Positions 57,636 to 64,000 of a stretch of DNA of 64,000 nt are shown in pieces. Under the pieces are notes generated by a model. The model was not told where the DNA came from and ran no database searches. It saw only the letters and a program-made list of their open reading frames with translations. The stretch lies in the NCBI GenBank assembly GCA_031551405.1, contig JAVBNQ010000002.1:717-64716 (forward strand), given 5' to 3'. The translations under genes and the position numbers were made by a program. The DNA is from a bacterium (GTDB lineage: Bacteria > RUG730). Each line of letters starts with the position of its first letter. Within the stretch, counting starts at the first letter, position 1.

Positions 57636-59429
57636 CTAGTTTCTTATGCCGAATTTCTTCAGAAACCCAAGTTTATTTAATTTTTTTAGCCCAAGTTTTA
57701 CTAGTTTTTTTGATTCTAAATTTTTATATTGCACGAAAGCTCGAGCAATATTACGTTCCTCAAAAGTTTTAGGTACAGAAATTTTTTCTCCGGTAAATGG
57801 ATGAAATCCGGTGTAAAACATACACGAAGCAACCGTCATCGGCAGAGGAATAAAATCTTGGATTTGCTCGGGATGAATTTTCTGATTTGCAAAAAATAAT
57901 CCAAAATCTAATGCTTTATGTAAACTAGTTCCAGGATACGAAGTAATGAAATAATTTACAATAAAAATCTTTTTGCCAATTTTCTCAACGATTTTTTCAA
58001 AAACTTTGCTAAATTCTTTGTAAATTTTAAAACTAGGTTTATTCATCAATCGCAAAATTTCATCATCAGTATTTTCAGGAGCAAGTTTAATTCTTCCGCC
58101 AATGTTATTTTTGCAAATGTACTCCAAATATTTTTGGCTTTTTTCGTCTTGAAAAAGCAAGTCGTATCTAAGGCCGCTTTGGATGAAAACGTGCTTAATT
58201 TGCGGTAAATTTTTGATCTGCTCATAAAGTTTTATGCAGTCATCATAGCCCAGTTTTAGGTTTTCGCATTTCTCCGGGATCAAACAACTTCTCGTCTTAC
58301 AAAAATTGTTATCTTTCCACTTTTCACATTTTGCGAGAAAAAGATTTGCGCAAGGTCCGCCAACGTCTGTGATAGTTCCTCGAAAATCCTTCATTTGAGT
58401 AAGTTTTGTGATCTCGCGAATAATCGAAGTTTTCGAGCGGCTTTGTACAATCCTGCCTTGATGCATATAAATCGAACAAAAATAGCATTCTCCAACGCAC
58501 CCAACGTTCGAAATAACGGAAAATTTCACACTCTCAAAATCTTTTACTCCTCCAACCGTGTCGTAAAATGGATGCCAGGTGTTCTGGTACGGGAGCTCAA
58601 ATATCTCGTCTATCTCATCGCTAGAAGCACTCGGCCTCGGCGGATTGCAAATTACAAACCTATTTTCTGTCTCTTGAACTAAAACTTGCGAACAATGTCT
58701 ATTCGGGATTTGGTTTTCGTAAATCGTTTTGAAAAAAACATTAAATATTTTTTTGTCGGATTTTACAATTTCGTAAGGTGGGAGAAAATGTTTATTTTTT
58801 ATACTTTCAAGATCCTGCGGTTTATTTTTCAAAGTCACAGTTCCCGGTATATCGTCGATTGAATAAATATTTTCGCCGGATTCGAGTCTTCTCGCAATTT
58901 CCAGAATCTGTTTCTCACCCATTCCATAAACCAAAATATCAGCTTTCGAGTCAACCAAAATGCTTCGCCGAACTGTATCTTGCCAATAATCGTAATGCGC
59001 CATTCTCCTCATACTAGCCTCGAGTCCGCCAATTACGATGGGAATATTTTTGAAATTTTTTTTGATTTTGTTCGTGTATACGATTAACGCGCGATCCGGT
59101 TTTTTGCCTGCTAAACTTTTGCGCGGTTTTTTCGAGCTTGTATAATTGCAAAGCATTGAATCAATAGCGCCGGAATTTATCCCGAAAAAAAGCTTCGGTG
59201 CGCCAAGTTTGCAAAAATCTTCGTCACTCGTCCAGTTCGGCTGAGATATAATTCCTACCTTAAAACCATTTTTTTCTAGGTAACGGCCAATAACTGCAGT
59301 TCCATTTGTATGGTGATCCACGTATTCATCGCCGGTAATCAAAATAACGTCAAGTTCATCCCAGCCTTTTTGTTTAGCTTCTTCTAAACTCATCGGTAAA
59401 AAATTAAAATTCATAAGATTCCTTTTCAA
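57636..59429 (-). CDS. YgiQ family radical SAM protein
   Basis: TGD.YVDH, GGLEASMRRMAHYDYW, CVGECYFC, DVGGP.AN, APE, QDFIPLPMT. Confidence 0.9.
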   Translation of the reverse strand: MKRNLMNFNFLPMSLEEAKQKGWDELDVILITGDEYVDHHTNGTAVIGRYLEKNGFKVGIISQPNWTSDEDFCKLGAPKLFFGINSGAIDSMLCNYTSSKKPRKSLAGKKPDRALIVYTNKIKKNFKNIPIVIGGLEASMRRMAHYDYWQDTVRRSILVDSKADILVYGMGEKQILEIARRLESGENIYSIDDIPGTVTLKNKPQDLESIKNKHFLPPYEIVKSDKKIFNVFFKTIYENQIPNRHCSQVLVQETENRFVICNPPRPSASSDEIDEIFELPYQNTWHPFYDTVGGVKDFESVKFSVISNVGCVGECYFCSIYMHQGRIVQSRSKTSIIREITKLTQMKDFRGTITDVGGPCANLFLAKCEKWKDNNFCKTRSCLIPEKCENLKLGYDDCIKLYEQIKNLPQIKHVFIQSGLRYDLLFQDEKSQKYLEYICKNNIGGRIKLAPENTDDEILRLMNKPSFKIYKEFSKVFEKIVEKIGKKIFIVNYFITSYPGTSLHKALDFGLFFANQKIHPEQIQDFIPLPMTVASCMFYTGFHPFTGEKISVPKTFEERNIARAFVQYKNLESKKLVKLGLKKLNKLGFLKKFGIRN

Positions 59430-59715
59430 AATTTAATTTCGGACACAAAACTTTTGTTCATTTCTATCGTTTTTATAACATATTTTTGTTTTGGATGATT
59501 TAAATTAGACGGAAATGTAGGATGTATTTGCCCTACATCAATAAGAAGCTTTAAAAATTTTTTTCATAAACGCAATTTTCTGCGTAAATTTTATGTTCTT
59601 AAATTACTAATTTTTCTGAAAAAACTTTTCAATTTCCGTCTCTTTTTCTACTATTTTATGTCTGTCTAGCGAAGAGAAGATGGAAAATTTTTACAAAAGC
59701 ATAAAAAATTTTCAA

Positions 59716-59843
59716 CTGTTTGAGCCCTTTAAAGCGGCGAGTTTTGGAAATTTAGCTTTTGAGAAATTTTGGTTCCTATCTCGAGACTAACGGGCTGTCT
59801 TTTCTTTTGGTTATTTTTGCTTTGGCCAACAAAGAAAAGTAAC
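59716..59843 (+). repeat. Structured intergenic element with pyrimidine tract + hairpin (BoxC-like)
   Basis: CTGTTTGAGCC..GGCGAGTT upstream; CTTTTCTTTTG-GTTATTTTTGCTTTG-GCCAA-CAAAGAAAAGTAAC. Confidence 0.45.
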
Positions 59844-60050
59844 AAATAATTTCAGAAAAACTTTTGTTAAAAAATTGACTGTCTTCAGGATTTAAACGGA
59901 AATTAAAAAGTTTTAGCCTCTTATTTTTTATCACAATCTTTTTTTGACGAACACGAGTAACATTTGTCGCATCTTCCGTTCTTGATTAATCTGTAAAGCA
60001 AAAAAATTACAGCCAAAATAATAATTGAAATTACGATGATTTCCTGCATT

Positions 60051-62135
60051 TTAGCCTCCTAGGTTAAAAAATTTGCCCAATTGATAAACCAAAAATGAAG
60101 CAGTCCAAGCTAAACCTGTCGTCCAAAAAACTAAGAACAAAAGCCATTTGATTTTTGAGCCGGTTTCTTTAAAAAACACAGCAGTCGCGACTATGCAAGG
60201 CAAATAAATCAAACAGAATATCAAAAAAGCAATCGCTTTCAGAGGATTCCAATTTTTATCAGCACGAAGTTTTTCCTGAAGAGGTTCAGTATTTTCAACG
60301 TCAGTCTCACCTAGAGAATAAATAGTACCGAATGTTGAAACAACGATTTCTTTTGCAGCAAGCCCGGAAATGAGCGCTATCCCGCTGTATTTGTCTAGGC
60401 CAATCGGCTTTACGATCGGCTCTATCAAACTTCCCAATCTCCCGGCAATACTTTTTTCAAGACGTACGGTTTGTATTTTTTCGTGAGGGACACCTTCAAG
60501 ATCTGCTTGCGGAAAAGTGAATATCCCCCAAACTATCGCAGACAACAAAAATATTGTGGTCCCGGCTTTTTTTATGTAAAGCCAGCCGCGTTCCCACATT
60601 TTTGTAAAAAGTCCCCGCCAAGTTGGCAAATGATACGGAGGAAGTTCCATCATAAAATGCGAACCGCCTTTTTTAAAAACAGTAGTGCTCAAAATTTTTG
60701 CACATCCGAGGGCGATACAAATACTGAGAGCGTACATTATAAACACCACGTTTCCGGCTTGTTTTGGCGGGAAGAAGGCTCCGATAAAAAGCATAAAAAT
60801 TGGCAATTTCGCGCCACAAATCATAAATGGCGTAACCATAATCGTGATGAATCTATCGCGCTTATTATCGATGGTTCGAGCAGCGAGAATCCCTGGTACA
60901 GCGCAGCCATTCGTCGAAATCATAAGCGGCAAAAACGATTTCCCATGCAAGCCAAACTTGTTCATAATTCGATCCATTACAAAAGCTGCTCTAGCCATAT
61001 ATCCGGTGTCCTCGAAAAACGCGATTCCAAAAAACATAAAAAGTATTAGTGGGAAAAAACTGAAAACGCTTCCAACTCCGCTAATTATTCCGTCGACAAG
61101 CAATGATTGAAACAAACCTTCCGGAACAATTTTCGAGGTGACATCAGCAAGCCAGCCGAAAAAAACTTCGAGTAAGTTTACAAGAGGCGTTGAAAATGTA
61201 AACGTAAATTTAAATATCAAAAACATTACGAGAGCAAAAATTGGAAGTCCCCAATATTTATGCAAAACAATTTTATCCAGAATTTCTGTAAAATTTTTCT
61301 TTGAAATTTCTGTTTTTTCAATAATTGTTTCACAAATCTTTGCTATGTTTTCATAACGTTTTTTCGCAATAATTGGTTCGAGGGCTTCTGCGGTTTTAGA
61401 TTCGATATTATTTCTTAAGTTATTTTTTATGTCAAAAATCTCATTTTTTACTGAAAAATTTTGCAAAATTTCATCAGAAATTCGGTCGTTTTCAAGAATT
61501 TTTAAAGCCAGCCAAAAAGTAGGATATTTTGCTATAATTTTCATGTCTTTTTCAAGCAATATTTTTATCTTTTCTATCGCGTCATTTATCTCATCTCCAT
61601 AGTTAATTGCGAAAAGATCTTTTTCCATACTGTTTTGTTTTATTTTAACGATTTCATCCAAAAGTTCCTTGATTCCCTTATTTTTCGTCCCAATGGTTTT
61701 TATGACCGGAAAACCCACGATTTTAGAAAGCTCATTTTCGTTTATTTTCAAACCTTTTTGTGATGCAAAATCGCTCATATTTAAAACCAAAATCATTGGA
61801 ATATCTAGCTCGTTAAGTTGCGTAAAAAGATACAAATTTCGCTCGAGATTTGATGAATCCAAAATATCAATAATTAAATCCGGTTTTTCCTCAAGTAAAA
61901 ATTTTATGGCAATACGTTCGTCTTCGGAGTACGCGGACAACCCGTAAATACCCGGCAAATCTACAAAATTCAGCTTGAAATCTTTGTAAATTTTTTCCCC
62001 TTCTTTTTTTTCGACTGTGACTCCGGGATAATTCCCGACATGTTGTTTTGCTCCGGTTAAACTGTTAAAAATTGTGGATTTTCCGGAATTTGGATTTCCG
62101 GCAACTGCTATTTTTATAGTATTTTTTATATTCAT
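60051..62135 (-). CDS. feoB: Ferrous iron transporter B
   Basis: GNPNSGKST, VGNYPGVTVE, DLPG.Y, EDTGYMARAAF, membrane domain. Confidence 0.97.
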   Translation of the reverse strand: MNIKNTIKIAVAGNPNSGKSTIFNSLTGAKQHVGNYPGVTVEKKEGEKIYKDFKLNFVDLPGIYGLSAYSEDERIAIKFLLEEKPDLIIDILDSSNLERNLYLFTQLNELDIPMILVLNMSDFASQKGLKINENELSKIVGFPVIKTIGTKNKGIKELLDEIVKIKQNSMEKDLFAINYGDEINDAIEKIKILLEKDMKIIAKYPTFWLALKILENDRISDEILQNFSVKNEIFDIKNNLRNNIESKTAEALEPIIAKKRYENIAKICETIIEKTEISKKNFTEILDKIVLHKYWGLPIFALVMFLIFKFTFTFSTPLVNLLEVFFGWLADVTSKIVPEGLFQSLLVDGIISGVGSVFSFFPLILFMFFGIAFFEDTGYMARAAFVMDRIMNKFGLHGKSFLPLMISTNGCAVPGILAARTIDNKRDRFITIMVTPFMICGAKLPIFMLFIGAFFPPKQAGNVVFIMYALSICIALGCAKILSTTVFKKGGSHFMMELPPYHLPTWRGLFTKMWERGWLYIKKAGTTIFLLSAIVWGIFTFPQADLEGVPHEKIQTVRLEKSIAGRLGSLIEPIVKPIGLDKYSGIALISGLAAKEIVVSTFGTIYSLGETDVENTEPLQEKLRADKNWNPLKAIAFLIFCLIYLPCIVATAVFFKETGSKIKWLLFLVFWTTGLAWTASFLVYQLGKFFNLGG

Positions 62136-62371
62136 TTGTCCTCTATTTTTAAAAAAATATTTTCTGCAATTTTATTGTCCAATGCTATTTTTGCGCCTTT
62201 TACCAAAACAGCGACTCTTCCCTCTGAAATAATATTTACGACTTCAATTTTCTCTCCGTTAACAAACCCTAAATCTTTGAGTTTTCTCTCAGATTTTCCT
62301 ATTGCATTGATTTTGTAAATTATTCCAAGCTCTCCTCTCTTAAGTTTGCTGAGCTTCAAAAGATTGTCCAT
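62132..62371 (-). CDS. feoA: Ferrous iron transport protein A
   Basis: L.DLGF..G..IEV, V.GAKIAL; overlaps the feoB start. Confidence 0.9.
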   Translation of the reverse strand: MDNLLKLSKLKRGELGIIYKINAIGKSERKLKDLGFVNGEKIEVVNIISEGRVAVLVKGAKIALDNKIAENIFLKIEDK

Positions 62372-62441
62372 TCATCCTCCTATTTTAATTTTTGAACAGA
62401 TATTTCTTTAAAATTAATTGTATTTTGCACATTTTTTAAAG

Positions 62442-62455
62442 TTAGATTAATCTAA
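62442..62455. promoter_or_regulatory. DtxR/MntR-type operator upstream of feoA
   Basis: Perfect palindrome TTAGATTAATCTAA. Confidence 0.75.
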
Positions 62456-62499
62456 TATTTTTATTAAAAAAATATTTAAATTAAAATTGTATAAAACTG

Positions 62500-62958
62500 C
62501 TAGTCGCGAACTTTGTTGTTTAATAAAAAATCTCTAAATTCCGTAAGTTTTTTTTTGTTTGTGAATACAGAATTTTTGAGGTACAAAAATAAATTTTTTA
62601 ATCGAGAGATCGTTTCGTCTGAAACAACGTGTTCAATCGCGCACGCCTCTTCTTTCGCTACAAAATTTTCAACAAAAAGCAATTGATTTAAAAACGAAAA
62701 AAGCGCGTCGTGTTTTTCCTGAACCTCGTGAGCTATTTTTTCGCCTTTTGGCGTGAGTTCTACGCATCGATATTTTTCATGCTCGACAAAACCGTTTTCT
62801 GCCAAAAGTTTTATCGCAATATTAACGCTCGGACTTTTTACTCCCAAATAATTCGCTATATCTACAACTCGAACGACCTTTTTTTCTTTTTGAATAAACG
62901 CAATTATTTCCAAATAATTTTCCAGGGCAGAACTCAGTTTTGCTGACTCTTTTGACAT
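62500..62958 (-). CDS. DtxR/MntR family metal-dependent repressor
   Basis: ENYLE.I, DIA..LGV..PSV, LTPKG, A.EEACAIEH. Confidence 0.93.
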   Translation of the reverse strand: MSKESAKLSSALENYLEIIAFIQKEKKVVRVVDIANYLGVKSPSVNIAIKLLAENGFVEHEKYRCVELTPKGEKIAHEVQEKHDALFSFLNQLLFVENFVAKEEACAIEHVVSDETISRLKNLFLYLKNSVFTNKKKLTEFRDFLLNNKVRD

Positions 62959-62999
62959 TTTTACTCCCAAATTTACAAAAAACCAATTAGAAAATAAAT

Positions 63000-63035
63000 T
63001 TAGATAAAACTAATATTTTTTTAAAAAACTGTCAA
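63000..63035 (-). promoter_or_regulatory. Repressor gene promoter with overlapping second operator
   Basis: Minus strand TTGACA (63035-63030)-17-TAGTTT; TTAGATAAAACTAA at 63000-63013. Confidence 0.7.
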
Positions 63036-63499
63036 GAATTTTGTTTTTCGAAACCCGCAATCCGTGTAGAAAAATGGGAAGTTTTCAAACTTTTTCTTTT
63101 TATAAAATTTCTCGTTGTTTCATCACTTCAAAATCATAATAAAGACCAACAAAATAAATCTTATGAAGGTTTAAAACTTTAAAATAACTGTCTTTTTGGT
63201 TTTTGCCAATTAAAAAGTTACGTTTTCACCCAAATCAGTTAGCTATTTTGTAAACTTTAGCAAGCTGCCAAACTTTTTACTCCCTTTTTCATAACATTCT
63301 ATTTGAACCGTGCTACCAAATTCATTTTCTCCAGAGATAAATTTGTAATAACCTCTATCGGTTTTATCTTCAACCCCATTAAATCGCATTGGCATTCAAT
63401 TATATTATTGATATCAATACGCAAGACTAAAGTATTGAATAAATTTAGCAATTGTAATCTTTCTGCTCGAATCATTACCGTTTAATAAAATTATTTTAC

Positions 63500-64000
63500 T
63501 CAAATTATAATTCTCTTAGAATTTTTCATATGCTCAAAGTACCGTTCGCAATTAATACCGTATTTTGGCCTTTTGTATTCAAATATTTTTAATTTTGATT
63601 CATCGTAATTTGTAGGAACTTTGCTAAGCTCGTTGTGAACAAATTTGTGTTTGAAATCTTTTAAAAGTTGGTTACCAGATTCGTATTCATGTACGCCAAT
63701 AAAAGCTCGATGAGAGGTTTCTAACCAATAGAATTTACCATTTTCTTCAAAAGCTAAAATTGAATGGGCATATAAATTTTCAAAGTAGCAAATAAAATAT
63801 GTTTTTGTTTCTATATTTTTCTCAGCAAAAAGATTCCTCGATAACTCCACCTGATCAAAACACACACCTATTTTAGTTTTAAAGAGCTCTTCGGGGGATT
63901 TGAGAATAAAATATTTTCCGAAGTCAGACCAAAAATTTTCATCTGTTATTCGGTGAATTTCCTCGTTTATATCTAAAATTCCATACTCTATATTATTTTG
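63500..64000 (-). CDS. Transglutaminase-like superfamily protein (5' end outside window)
   Basis: Frame open to the window edge; SPEEL....GVCFDQVE, AHS, YWLE suggest a Cys-His-acid triad. Confidence 0.65.
   Translation of the reverse strand, partial: QNNIEYGILDINEEIHRITDENFWSDFGKYFILKSPEELFKTKIGVCFDQVELSRNLFAEKNIETKTYFICYFENLYAHSILAFEENGKFYWLETSHRAFIGVHEYESGNQLLKDFKHKFVHNELSKVPTNYDESKLKIFEYKRPKYGINCERYFEHMKNSKRIII

Noticed and set aside
60471-61110. Long plus-strand ORFs (192 and 141 aa), and similar ones inside gatA, carB and mnmG
   Set aside because: Antisense shadows of well-conserved genes
63230-63475. Short minus-strand frames (e.g. MRFNGVEDKTDRGYYKFISGENEFG...) and a weak hairpin near 63185-63221
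   Set aside because: Possibly a gene remnant, but no recognisable family; too little support

Overview
Low-GC chromosomal window from a diderm (kdsB, LptE-like), probably anaerobic bacterium (rubrerythrin/SOR/FprA/FeoB). An Elusimicrobiota/PVC-neighbour type lineage is my impression only. Most of it is housekeeping: proS, gatCA, murE, clpB, xerD, xth, rpsP-khpA-trmD-rplS-rnhB, dapB, rlmN, purQ, aroE, mnmG, feoAB, tRNA-Asn and tRNA-Ser. The standout is a ~16.4 kb minus-strand locus (21282-37646). It encodes a sugar ABC importer, two paralogous TPR+clan GH-A glycoside hydrolases (one with an altered acid/base motif), a large probable outer-membrane barrel with an OmpA-like tail, four exported proteins with carbohydrate-binding-like jelly-roll modules, and a PilZ-TM-coiled-coil-(alpha/alpha)6 enzyme. 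Together these suggest a SusCD/TonB-independent, c-di-GMP-coupled envelope glucan system. Other notable items are a 77-aa basic tandem-repeat protein, a signal-peptide-bearing double SpoVG, a frameshifted radC, a half-length carB, no rimM in its usual position, an Rrf2 oxidative-stress operon with an unlisted rubredoxin, DtxR/MntR boxes and a structured intergenic element. All calls come from motif recognition by eye; no searches were run.
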